A stretch of DNA of 64,000 nucleotides from the NCBI GenBank assembly GCA_964016885.1, contig OZ024740.1, forward strand, positions 122,264,001-122,328,000, in the 5' to 3' direction. Shown here one piece after another: positions 39,755 through 52,378 of this stretch. The notes beneath the pieces were generated by a model. The model was not told the DNA's origin, ran no database searches, and saw nothing but the letters and a program-made list of their open reading frames with translations. The stretch comes from Eledone cirrhosa. Its lineage: Eukaryota. Position 1 is the first letter of the stretch, and each line of letters starts with the position of its first letter. The position numbers were made by a program, and so were the translations under genes.

Positions 39755-39756
<2 letters not shown>
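39331..39756. mobile_element. Family 1 pLTR fold-back: 338-bp loopless palindrome plus 3' tail
   Basis: 39331-39499 mirrors 39500-39668 with a few mismatches; hammerheads at 39371-39437 (-) and 39562-39628 (+); (TA)n both sides. Confidence 0.93.
39562..39628 (+). ncRNA. Minimal type I hammerhead ribozyme (family 1); mirror copy at 39371-39437 on minus
   Basis: ttttat-CTGATGA-stem II-GAAA-tgcgca-TA-ataaaa. Confidence 0.83.
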
Positions 39757-39824
<68 letters not shown>

Positions 39825-40492
39825 AAAGAATAGAGGTGTAACACACCAGTTATTATGTAGCGGTAAACGGAATAGAAAATGCTGACAAATTGTTCACAGT
39901 GAAAAATAGTTTAATTAGGAATAAGTGAGAATTAGTAATTGTATTGGTTAGTATTCAGTTTTGGTTTTAAGTTTTACCGGTTGCGCATTTCTAATGCTTT
40001 TCAAAAATAATTTTGTGATAGAGCGTCCGTGATGTTTACTCTGATCTGATTAGTTTTGGAAATTCTACCTGTTTTTATGTTAAAATGTGGCTCCAGCGAT
40101 ATTAAAATAAGATTTGCACCAATTCGTGTTGCAAAAATTCTTGTGGTCAAAACAATTTTGATTGATCGGTAGAGGTCATGTGAATGTAAAAAATTGATTT
40201 TGCGCCAAATGTAGGTTTGTGTCGGCTGACTGAGAAATGACTCTTTCACAACAAATATATGTGTGTGTGTGTAGTAGTAGTAAAGTGTTCGTTGTTGTGA
40301 TAATGGTAAGCAGGGATGTGTGTGCGACCGCAGCCTGTTGACAGTTCAAATGCCTATTAAGACAAGTGTGTGTGTGTGTGTGTGTGTAGCAGAGTAATTC
40401 GTGGTAGAGGGATGGTCAGTAGGAATGTGTCTGTGAGTGGGGGATATTTTAACATGTTAAAATATATTTTTCAGCTCTTGTCTTATACGGAG

Positions 40493-40562
<70 letters not shown>

Positions 40563-40870
40563 CTCTTTGTATGTTAATGTACGCGTATGTATGTGTGTGT
40601 GTATATATGTGTGTGTGTGTGAGAATGTGTGTGTGTGGGGGGGGACCAGTATTTTTTTCCTGGTAAAATGGTGTATACTATTCGATATTTTCAGTAAAAT
40701 CGATTCTCTCAATAGAACATCAACAACCTTAATAATAAAAGGTGTGAAATGATATATAGTATTGGCATAATACCAAGGTGTGTGTGAGTGTGTGTGTGTG
40801 TCCAGATTGCACGTACTGAAAGGGGATCCCTTAGGCTATGCCGTATTGGAATACCTGTGCAAAAATATGT

Positions 40871-42383
40871 GAAACCCACCGCCTTAGAAACTTCATTGAT
40901 ACCCTTCTTAAGCCTTTTCTCAAACACATCAAAAGATATATAAGGGACGACCTAGATATGCTCAATCACCTCCCTAATATGCCACTGTCTAAACAAACGC
41001 TACTAGTGACGTTCGATGTAGTCAACCTATACTCCAGCATCCCCCACAACCTAGGAATAGAAGCTATCCAATTCTGGCTGGATAATTACCACAATGAACT
41101 CCCACAATGCATCAAAAAAGAATTCGTGATAGAGGGACTCAAATTTATCTTGGAGAACAATTACTTCGTTTTCAATAACAAACCCTACAGGCAGAAATCT
41201 GGGAACGCTATGGGAACGAAAACAGCCCCTACATATGCCAACCTAGTCATGGGATACCTTGAAATCATCCTCTACACTAAAGTCCTAAACAAATTTGGAA
41301 ACACTCTACACTTACACATAGAAAGGAACTGGAAGTGATGTCTAGATGACTGCTTCATCCTTTGGCACGAAAACATCAAGAAACTTAAAGAATTTCACAC
41401 CCTTATAAATGGGCTCAACACGAATATTAACTTCTCGATGGAATACAGCCATCAACAACTTCCCTTCCTCGACATCCTCATTAAGATCCATAACAAAAAA
41501 TAGAAACAGATATATACTACAAGCCCACAGACTCCAAGCAATATCTTCCTTTCAACTCTTGCCACCCTAGACACGTTAAAATTAATATTCCCTACAACTT
41601 AGACAAGAGAATCTGTACTATAGTCTCCAATAAAAACACCTGATACTTACGGCTACAAGAACTAAAGGACACACTTATAGGCAGGGACTACACTGCATCA
41701 CTAATTGACAATGGAATCCAACGTGCCCTAAAACTCAGTACCCAGGACCTTAGACACCCTAAAGTAAATCAACAGAAACTAAAACTCTTCCATATATCTC
41801 CACACACAACTCCCTCAACAATGAGGCCTTTGACACCATCCTCCAGAACATCCCTGTGTTGAAAAAGGACCATAGAATGAACCAAATCCTACGAACACAC
41901 GATATCATAGAGAGCAAAAGACAATCTAAGTCAATGAAAAACATCCGAACACATGCCAAAGTACTGCCAACCACAACAACGAAACCCACAGTAAAAAAAT
42001 GCGATAGACCCTACTGTGGTATTTGCATCAACCTAATAGAGGGTTCGGAATTTTATTTCAAAGAAGGACAACGTTTTATAGTAAAACACAATTTCACATG
42101 TGCATCGGAAAATCTAATATATGTATTAACTTGCTCAGGTTGTCGAGAACAATACATAGGCCAGACGAAAAACAGCCTCCGCCAACGCATGACTGTCCAT
42201 AGATCCCAAATTAAAATACGGGAATACAGGAAATTACCACTGACTGAACACATTGATACCTGTGCCGCCCAAAATCATCCCAAATTCAGAATCTTTCCCC
42301 TCTACAAATTTAAAGATAATGCCACCCACACCCAGCGCATCAGCAAGGAATCTTACGGACCCCGTCTAGACACTTCTTCCTAA
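40871..42383 (+). pseudogene. PLE RT + Cys linker + GIY-YIG endonuclease (disrupted)
   Basis: YIRD, TFDVVNLYSSIPH, ILENNYF, GNAMGTKTAPTYANLVMG, LDDCF, PFLD, SCHP, CDRPYCGIC, NLIYVLTCSGCREQYIGQT. Confidence 0.92.
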
Positions 42384-42592
42384 GACGAACCCACAACATA
42401 CACACGTCAACATACATACCTACATCAGCACACATCTCTACCCACATATAAACACAATGACATACGTAAACACACATGTTCTATGGTGCAACACAAATAT
42501 ACACAAATTTGCATACTTTTTGATGTCTATAGATCTAAACGTGCCGACACACACATACATAAACGCACACATGCATTGCACACTGATGGGCA

Positions 42593-42910
42593 CATACATT
42601 TTTGTGCACAGTTATTCCAATACGGCAAAGCCTAATGAATTCCCCTTGCAGTACGTGCAATCTGGACACACTCCAGATACATATTTGTACACAGGTATAC
42701 AATTTATGGACACACCCCAGATACATGTGTACAATTTGTGCACAAGTGTACAGTTTGTGGACAGGTATACAATTTATGGGCACACTCCAGATACATATTT
42801 GTGCACAGGTATACAATTTCTGAACACACTCAAGATACATATTTGTGCACAGGTATTCCAATACGGCAAGGCCTAAGGGATCCCCTTTCAGTACGTGCAA
42901 TCTGGACACA
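42593..42910 (+). repeat. Imperfect ~44-bp tandem repeat in the PLE 3' region
   Basis: ggacacactccagatacatatttgt(a/g)cacaggtatacaatttat about four times, bracketed by two copies of ttccaatacggcaa..cagtacgtgcaatctggacacac. Confidence 0.85.
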
Positions 42911-43683
42911 CACACACACTCACACACACCTTGGTATTATGCCAATACTATATATCATTTCACACATTTTATTATTAAGGTTGTTGATGTTCTATTGAGA
43001 GATTCGATTTTACTGAAAATATCGAATAATGTACACCATTTTACCAGGAAAAAAATACTGGTCCCCCCCCACACACACATTCTCACACACACACACATAT
43101 ATACACACACACATACATACGCGTACATTAACATACAAATAGACATATATACACACACACAGACACACACACACACACACTTGTCTTAATAGGCATTTGA
43201 ACTGTCAACAGGCTGCGGTCGCACACACATCCCTGCTGACCATTATCACAACAACAAACACTTTACTACTACTACACACACACACATATATTTGTTGTGA
43301 AAGAGACATTTCTCAGTCAGCCGACACAAACCTACATTTGGAGCAAAATCAATTTTTTACATTCACATGACCTCTACCGACCAATCAAAATTGTTTTGAC
43401 CACAAGAACTTTTGCAACACGAATTGGCGCAAATCTTATTTTAATACCGCTGGAGCCACTTTTTTAACATAAAAACAGGTAGAATTCCCCAAACTAATCA
43501 GATCAGAGTAAACATCACGGACGCTCTATCGCAAAATTATTTTTGAAAAGCATTAGAAATGCGCAGCCGGTAAAACTTAAAACCAAAACTGAATACTAAC
43601 CAATACAATTACTAATTCTCATTTATTCCTAATTAAACTATTTTTCACTGTGAACAATTTGTCAGCATTTTCTATTCCGTTTA

Positions 43684-43720
<37 letters not shown>

Positions 43721-43794
43721 GCATTTTCCATTTCATCTTTTTTTCCTTATACATTCACTCGTGTAGGACACCTCTTTTTTTTTTTCATTTATAA

Positions 43795-44634
43795 GGTCCG
43801 GGTAAATATTTCATTTATTTTGTTTGACCTGTTCGGCTTGTCTCGTCTTTTTGGCTTAGGTGGTTGATGGCTTCTTGACCGCCATCTCAGTTTGTTTGGT
43901 CTTTATAAACTATATTTATTGCTCTGGTCTCTATTTGGTCCATCGAGCGCTTGCCAGCATAAATCGGATATTGCGTTTCACTTTGTTTTCGACCATAGCT
44001 GAAATGCGAATCTCGCTGAAATTATATTTGTATTAATCTCCCGAGTCTAACAATTAACCAGTTAATATTTCTAGATAATTCTATTAACTGATTAATTGCT
44101 TAAGTTTATTTTAAAAACTAACCGGTTGAGAGCTTAATTCGATTTGTGCAGTTTTTGCAATTATTGCAATAATTTCACACTTAGTGAATTCATCTGCCAA
44201 ACTCTGGTGTTTTCTCCCTTGAAGAGTTACACACGTGGTTTTACCACTACAAACCACTACGTGATTCTGAACACTGGCGTAGAACAAAATACCTGTTGAC
44301 GAAGTGACAGCCTTGTTCGATCATTATACCAAAAGCTTATTATTTTAAGCAGGCAGTAGATTTAGGTGTCGCAGAAACCCTGTACTGGATTATACCATTG
44401 GTCCGGTAAATATTTCATTTATTTTGTTTGACCTGTTTGGCTTGGCTCGTCTTTTTGGATTAGGTGGTTGATGGCTTCTTGACCACCATCTCAGTTTGTT
44501 TGGACTGTATAGCCTATGTGTATTGCTCTGGTCTCTATTTGGTCCATGGAGTGCTTGGCAGCATAACACGGATATTGCGTTTCGCTTTGTTTTCGACCAT
44601 AGCCGAAATACAATCTCGCTGAAATTATATTTGT
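43795..44634. repeat. Two ~235-bp direct repeats (43795-44031, 44400-44634)
   Basis: Both begin ggtccgg(g)taaatatttcatttattttgtttgacctg and end atctcgctgaaattatatttgt. Confidence 0.93.
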
Positions 44635-44940
44635 GTATATATATATATATATATATATAACAAAATATATATATATTTTTTTTGTTTCATTTATGCATAT
44701 ATATAATCTACAGATAATAGTTACACAATGTCCTATTGGTTTAACGCTTGTAAGAAAACAATTTATGTCCAACGTATCTGACGTTATTCGTTCTTCTGGG
44801 AAGTGCAACAATAGTAAAGATACGTTTGAACAAATGTAAAATACAAGTCTTGGTTCAGTGGAAATGAGAGAACGTCGTCTTGTATTAGATTGCATATACC
44901 ATAATGGTGGTAAAGGGCCCGGGGCTGTTGTGTGTGTGTG

Positions 44941-44982
<42 letters not shown>

Positions 44983-45024
44983 TGTGTGTGTGTGCGCGTG
45001 TGCGTGTGTGCCTCTGTGTGTGTG

Positions 45025-45059
<35 letters not shown>

Positions 45060-45636
45060 GTGTCTGTAGGTGATCGATTTGAAAGAGATATAATTACGAT
45101 GTGAGAGCTGGTGTAAACTCGATACTTTACGTGAAATTGTACTCAGATATAAAACATATGTGGTCAGTGGAAATGAAGTATGTTTATCGCAAATGTAGTA
45201 TATATATATATACAACGACCTTTCATTTTAAAAGGGCATTGCTGAAGTGAAACAAAATATATCGTACTTGTTTAGAATTAAAGGGCAATGAAACCAGCCA
45301 GACATTACTTTTCTACACATCACGTTCTCTTTGTATCTTTCTTTGTCTTCATCCCCAGGTCTAACTGGCCATTTCTAACACCTTTTACATGTCGTACATT
45401 TAATGTCGTACATTTAATTCTATACACATACTTCTTGTTTTGTTTACGAATTTTATTCAAAGAACAGCGTTTGTCTATTTTGTGAACACCCAGAATGTAC
45501 CAGCATTACCGCCGGTAGGGGTTGAAACAGTGTACGTTCCTTCGTTGCCAATATCAGATTGTCACTCGTGGCACACGTGATTCTCTTCCACCTCTTTTGG
45601 TTAGTTGACTATACACATATACATACATACATGCAT

Positions 45637-45708
<72 letters not shown>

Positions 45709-45746
45709 TTGTGTCCGTTTTTACTAAATTTGTGATTAACATATTG

Positions 45747-45798
<52 letters not shown>

Positions 45799-45799
<1 letters not shown>

Positions 45800-46656
45800 G
45801 AGGTGTGTCAGAATAGTTCCAGGACTGATGTCACAAAATATTTATTTCACACCTTTCTTCACACTAAGAGTTTTCTCCTTCAAAGTAACCCCCTGGAGTC
45901 TAATGCACTTTTCCTTCCTTTTCTGCCATGCTTGCATGCACTCCTGGAAGGATTCTTCCGGGATCCTCCGAGGTTCCGTCGTCATGGCCTTTTTTATGTC
46001 ATCCACGTCTTCAAAACGGGTACCCTCCAGGTCGTACTCTAAGATCCATGACTTATCACCGGTGATGAATGTCCCTAGAAAGTCTGGTTCAGTTTCAAGA
46101 CGCTCGAGGATGTCCTTGCACACTTGCATGCGTCGATCCTTCTGGTCCTCGTTAAGCAGTTTTGGCACCATCTTCGCGCAGACTTTCCGCATATCCAAAT
46201 CTTCAGTGAGAATCTTCCAGACGCTGTCCTGATTCATGCCTAGCTCATTTGCCATCAGTCGAATAGTCAGACCTCAGTCCTTGTTGTTGAGGGCCTTCCG
46301 CTCCTTCGGTCTTCTTCCACGTCCTCGCGTCCTTCTTTAAACCACTTGCACCACTAAAAAACACGTGAGCGCAACAGCGTCTCATCTCCATACACTTGCT
46401 TCAGCAATCCCATGCATTTTGACGGAGTTTTCCCCAACCGTACCAGAAACTTCAAGTTTGTTCGTGCTCTGTGCTCATTGCTTGACCACCATGTATATAA
46501 AATTATGAAGAAAAAAGTTTGATCGCTGCAGAGAGCTAAGTTTACAGTTACATACGCCAGGGGGATTAATTTCAAGGAGAAAACCCTTACTGTGAAGTTT
46601 GGGTTTGAAATAAATCTTTTGTGACATCAGTCCTGGAACTTTTCTGACACACCTCG
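45799..46656 (-). mobile_element. Internally deleted mariner transposon with ~100-bp TIRs and TA target duplication
   Basis: ta|cgaggtgtgtcaga...tctgacacacctcg|ta; transposase fragments NLKFLVRLGKT..VYGDETL, MRKVCAKMVPKLL, ITGDKSWILEYD fused to LEGTRFEDVDDIK; most of the DDD domain deleted. Confidence 0.95.
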
Positions 46657-47003
46657 TATATATGACTGATGAGCCTATGGGAATCAGGTTCAATTCGAGA
46701 ATTATAAGAATCAATATACCGATATATCTTCGACCGTTTTCTCACTCACTCAACATTTACTTAAGTCAACATCATTAAGATAGAAAACAAAAAGGAAAAG
46801 CAGCTTGCACACTAATAACTTAAATAGTCAGAGAAACGATTTCGTGTGGGTAGAGAATTCAATTCCCTACCTCCGGACTGTTGCACCATTTTCTGCTATC
46901 CCATCTGTTGGGGCAACTCCATTTTGGACAGGTGTTCACAAAAATTAGGTAATACTATTAAACATTACGTAATGGGCTAAGTGTAGCTTCATCAGCGGAA
47001 GTA

Positions 47004-47066
<63 letters not shown>

Positions 47067-47566
47067 AAGAGAGGGGAGTCTAAATACAAAAGGCTTCTCT
47101 AGCACTAGAACTGTTTCATTCGTACGAGGATTTCATAAGAATAAAAGAGTTTTAGTCGTGTAGAATCCGACGCATTAAGTAACTTATTTACTGTGGATCC
47201 CCCGGCTCTATTAGGGATCAACACACGTACACACAGAAACATATATATACATATATATGTATTTTTCTTGGTGAAACAATATATATATATATATGTATAT
47301 ACGACATCGGATTAATATACCACATTACGTTTGAGGACAAACAGTTCATCTTAGGGTCTATCATTTCAGAAACTTAGTGAGGTTTACCAGCCTCCTTTCT
47401 CTCTCTCTCTTTATCTCTCTTTCTCTCTCTCTCTTTCTATCTCTCTCTCTATCACACTCACACACACATATATATACAGAGGCACAAACAGCTCACAAAG
47501 AGAGAGAGATACATAGATTGAGAAAGAGAGAGAGAGACAGGCAAACAGAGAGTGACAGAGAGAGAA

Positions 47567-47600
<34 letters not shown>

Positions 47601-47849
47601 GTTTCTCGCGTAATACTTCGGTAAAGACGCTAATGTAAACAGACTTGGTATTTCATTTTAGGGTTCATCTCTTTTATTTCCATTCTATTTCTTTTACACT
47701 CGCTAGCCACAAGCAGACATGTTTCTCCTGCAACCTCTAAAGATTGCTTGTTTACGATCGCATATCTGTCTATCTATTTCCTCTTTCTCTTTCTCTCCCT
47801 CACTCTCCCTTCATATATATATATATATATATGTTTATATATTTATATA

Positions 47850-48930
47850 TATATTTGTTTTTGAATTTGTTTTGCGAGATTTCTTATCTGAAAACATGTG
47901 TTGAAACATATATTGTTATGAGAGTATTGAAGTTTGCTTGAAGCATTGTGGAATAATAGGTAAATATCTTTAAGTCGTTTGGAAGCCTCGATCGAGGCTT
48001 CCAAACGACTTATAAATATATTGTTATACTTTGGGAGAGTCATGGTGCCAATAATGACAGATGCATCCGTTGGTTTTCACTTCATTTTATTATAAGTTTC
48101 CGGTTGGTTGGTTGGTTGGCTAGTTGGCTGGTTGGTTCGATAACTGCAAGGTAGTTTATATATTGTCAAAGCACTTTCATCACGCATTCTGTGCCCTCCT
48201 CAGTGACATGGTTTTATTTTGTGTGTCTCTCCTTTGTTCTTTCCTACACCATCTTGTTTTAGTGTGCTGTACGTTGTGTGCTTAGTTTCCGCATGCGTTA
48301 CATGTGTTTTTATTTATTTATATGTTTATTTACTCGTTCTATCTGTGTGTGTCTGATTTGTTTTGTTAGTTTGATTTTTGTGTGTGTCTGTATGTTTTCA
48401 TTTTATCTTCAATTACTGGTTGTGATTTTGTTATTCCACTTATAATTTCTGTTTAATTTTGGTTGGAATTCATTTATATGTTTTGCTTCTGTGATTTGTC
48501 TGAGCATAGCATCTTTTCTGTGTGGATATGATATTTATATCTTTAATGTGTCTATGGACCTAACAGGTTGTAGAATACGTAGCATGGATGTAGCGTCACT
48601 CTACCCATCTATCGACGTTCATTTTGCTGCGCAAAAATGCATTGAAATGATCAACAAGAGCGATGTGTATTTCCGTAGGATTGATACCAGTGAGCTGGGA
48701 CTCCTACTTAAACTCACATACAATATATTTCAAAATCCTTCATCACACATTCCGTGAACTTCACAACTATACTTATTGTATGTATATTATGTTCCCAACA
48801 TGTTTTAGTCTTGGGTGTCCTTTTACATTATGGATCACAGGCATCGCGCACCAGGACTGAACAAAGTCTGATTCTCAGCCTTGGGTCCTATTTCCCTCTT
48901 GGACACAACTCACCTCCTCAATTTCGTTAA
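47850..48930. mobile_element. Mosaic of PLE pieces: family 2 pLTR (-), RT fragment (+), GIY-YIG C-terminus (+)
   Basis: Hammerhead at 48164-48208 (-): tgtca-CTGAGGA-..-GAAA-gtgc-TT-tgaca; SMDVASLYPSID at ~48580; RTRTEQSLILSLGSYFPLGHN at ~48847-48909. Confidence 0.75.
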
Positions 48931-49420
48931 TACTCCGTCCATTATCACACGCGCTTGTACATTCAGCCCTAGATTCCTATCTATCTCTCTTGAACATTAA
49001 CATCTTCTCTTACAACTAATACAGACCGAATAAATATGCTTACTCCACTTTTGCCTTCACTGCTCTGTATACACACATACACACTCTTATATTAGCATAC
49101 TTTTGCTCATAGCTTGGTACTTACATGCACACACACTCGTTTACTTACATATACACACACATTTCTTATTAGTTTGGTACGGACGTATAATAACACATAC
49201 ACACCCACACATGCTTACACGCGTGTACAAATATAGCTCTTTTTAGAAAACGTTTTCTTTTCATTTCAGGTAGAGGCACTCCATCATCTACTTTCCTAAA
49301 AAATAAATCATACATTACTTATATTATTCATACTTATATTTTACATACATTACTTATATTATTATTACTATACATACATTACTCATATTATTATTAATAT
49401 ATATATATATATATATATAT

Positions 49421-49577
49421 ATAAAGATGAAAATGCGAAGCTGAAGCTGTTAGAGTCCTTTATTATTTGAGCCATTATATATATTTCAATGACGATAAAA
49501 ATCGTAATCTCTTCATATATATAACGGCCAAATTATAAAGGACTCTAACACCTTCAACTTCGCATTTTCATCTTTAT
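49421..49577. repeat. Imperfect inverted repeat (~60-bp arms) in (TA)n
   Basis: ataaagatgaaaatgcgaagctgaagctgttagagtccttta / taaaggactctaacaccttcaacttcgcattttcatctttat. Confidence 0.9.
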
Positions 49578-49956
49578 TAATATACTCCGACACCCCTGCC
49601 ACTGGGAATATGGCATTGAGTGTTAGAAGTGAATTGCATCCTTTTATACTGAATATATATATGTATATATAGTTGTTGTAGGGTTGCAGATAAATATGTC
49701 AAATATTCCATCCGGATGGAATTCTTTGAAAACGCGAGACATATCTGAGGAACTTGCGAATGCAGAGTCGGGTACGATCTGTAACAGATCCGGCCTTGAG
49801 TTGATCGATGGAGAATAGTATGTAATATGTTAATACATTTTATTTTTATGCATTACTGATTCCTCGTTATCTATAATAATATACTCTGCTCTGCGCAAGC
49901 ATCGAGTGCTCAGACGGCATACCGCCCACGGACGCATTTAATTGCAGCCATAAAAC

Positions 49957-50011
<55 letters not shown>

Positions 50012-50071
50012 AATATTAGAGAGTGAGTTTCATTTGTAAAAATACATCGAGATGGCCTACAAGGGTGGAAG

Positions 50072-50477
50072 TATAAGGAATAGAATTCGAAAATGCAAAT
50101 GGAGTCATTTTAATAATATTTATTTATTTCCTTTACCAGTTTCACAGTTCTTATGCTTTTCAAAAGTAGAATTAAGATGAAGGGTTTGTAGTTTGCCTCG
50201 CATCCGGTTCGTGTTCGGAAGTTGTTTCTGTGTTATGTGGAAAGAGTGGCTCGAATTGCTTTTGTGTTTCAAAAGACTTACTTTAAAAAAAAACCACCAA
50301 TGCAAGCCACTCTTTCCGCATAAAACAGAACTAATTTTTTAACACAAACCAGATGCAAGTCAAACCACAAACCCTCTATCTCAATTGTACTTTCGAAAAG
50401 CATAAGAGCTGTGAAACGGACAAAATAAATAAATAAATATTCTTAAAAAGACTTCAGTTGCATTTTCGTTACATTTT

Positions 50478-50484
<7 letters not shown>
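50072..50484. repeat. Diverged inverted repeat (~180-bp arms) of pLTR family 3 with hammerhead-like motifs
   Basis: Arms ~50072-50252 and ~50303-50484; TTGAAAA-gcataagaactgt-GAAA-ctgg-TA at 50134-50163 (-) and a mirror copy at 50393-50422 (+). Confidence 0.8.
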
Positions 50485-50543
<59 letters not shown>

Positions 50544-50638
50544 TAAAATAACAGATTAAAGTTTAAGCAAAGAATCGCTGCTTTCATCCTTAACGGGATC
50601 TTCTGAAACTAACTAGCCCTTTGGATTTTAGTCTTCAA

Positions 50639-50678
<40 letters not shown>

Positions 50679-51470
50679 AAAGTAAATAACAACAACAAGG
50701 TGTACAGTTACGAAAGGTTTGTACCTTCAACCTATACCCGACTCGAGTTTCGGCCGCAGTTAATGCACCAATAGAGTGCACAGCATCCACTGCCTGCATT
50801 AATTATTCAACAATGCACAATCGGTGTATGTGGCTTCAGAGCGGGTTTCGCTTAACCAATTACCAATCGATCGACAGAATTCGATTCCAGTCCGTGTCGG
50901 CTATGACAGTGAATATGACAGTCAACACAGTAAAACATTAGCAACTGAAATCATTACGCGTCTTGACAATGCTGTCAACCGATTAGCTACTGATTCAGAA
51001 ATATACTTGGGGTAGGAGATGAAATTAAAATAGTTCTGGTCCCGCCATACAAATTAACAAGTCAGCGAAAATCGGCCATTAGAGTAAATCTATCTACAAT
51101 CGCTGTACACTAGAATGGTAGCATTCGGCTCCATCTCCAAGTACCGTGGCGACAAATAGTCCGACAGTAAATGCTAACAGGCGATTAGATAGCAACAAAG
51201 AGTTAGCGCGCTGGTTACAATTCGGATCCTAGATATTTCGACCAACCACGTGCATAAACCAGTCAATTTAAACAACTTGCATGATTCAATAAGTGAGTGA
51301 GATGGGAAGATATAACATGTGTCACAGCGCATATTAAACGAATCAATAAAATAATGCGGAAAATTGTTCAACTTAGTCTTATTGTTAACCTGCTAGTTGG
51401 GAGGAATTAATAAGTTGACGGGATTAGCTTGGGTTTCACTACTACTACCGGTTGGATATCATCGTACTCA

Positions 51471-51805
51471 ATGAAAAATAGTCAGATTGGAAGCCTCAAC
51501 AATGCAGGTGGGCAAATCTTCTGGCAACGAAATCCAGTGACTATAGCAGAAGGAAAAGGGAAAAAACATAAATTAACGTAAAAGGCGTAAGGAGAAAAGA
51601 GAAAAAAGAAAAAAAGAAGAAAAATGCCAGAGTACCTTTTTAAGCTACACAGACTCTGGCTTTCTTCTTTTTCCTCTTTTCTCTCTACGCCTTTTTCGTT
51701 AATTTACGTTTGTTTTCCTTTTCCTTCTACTATTGCCACTGGATTTCGTTGCGAGAAGATCTATCCATCTGCATTGTAGAGGCTTCCAAACTAATTAATT
51801 TTCAT
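51471..51805. repeat. Diverged inverted repeat (~160-bp arms, ~19-nt loop)
   Basis: ttggaagcctc..caatgcag..gcaacgaaatccagtg..gccagagt / actctggc..cactggatttcgttgc..ctgcattg..gaggcttccaa. Confidence 0.88.
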
Positions 51806-51873
51806 ATTCTCCAATTCGTCAAGCAAACTTGAACACTCTTATATATGTATATATATGTGTGTGGGGGTGGGGG

Positions 51874-51907
<34 letters not shown>

Positions 51908-51932
51908 TGTGTGTAATGTGATTGCATTGCAT

Positions 51933-52378
51933 ACTAGACCTGGAAAATGCGCAAGCTCAAAAGAGCCAGAGAATGTTATAATAAACCTACAAAAGTGTGG
52001 GACTAGAGTTGTTGCTCAAAAATATTGTAATCATTATCTATCGTACACTCTGTGGCATCCTTTTATAAAAAAGAGACTCATAACGAACTCAAGACAATAA
52101 GCTAATTATTTAAGCTAATGTTCAATATCTCATATTAGATGTTTAGTAATGATTAATACGAAATGCACTTAAACCGAAATCTATATTATAAATTCACTTA
52201 AATAATTATCGTGTCGTCCTGATTTCGTTATGGGTCTCTTTTTTATAAAAGGATGCCACAGAGTGTACGATAGATAATGATTACAATATTTTTGAGCAAC
52301 AACTCTAGTCCCACACTTTTGAAGGTTTATTATAACATTATGTGCCTCTTTAGAGCTTGCGCAATTTTCAGGTCTAGT
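51933..52378. repeat. Inverted repeat (~180-bp arms, ~80-nt spacer), MITE-like or fold-back insertion
   Basis: actagacctg...aaaagtgtgggactagagttgttgctcaaaaatattgtaatc mirrored by gattacaatatttttgagcaacaactctagtcccacactttt...caggtctagt. Confidence 0.92.

Larger units (their letters stand above)
39862..43685 (+). mobile_element. Penelope-like element (Neptune-type), 5'-truncated, with long inverted terminal repeats
   Basis: 39862-40870 is an inverted copy of 42837-43685; RT-GIY-YIG between them; (TA)n both sides. Confidence 0.92.

Noticed and set aside
42593-42910. CRISPR-like array
   Set aside because: Eukaryotic context, degenerate tandem units without unique spacers, no cas genes
46664-46700. 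CTGATGA-gcct..aggt hammerhead-like start
   Set aside because: No GAAA box or stem I/III follows
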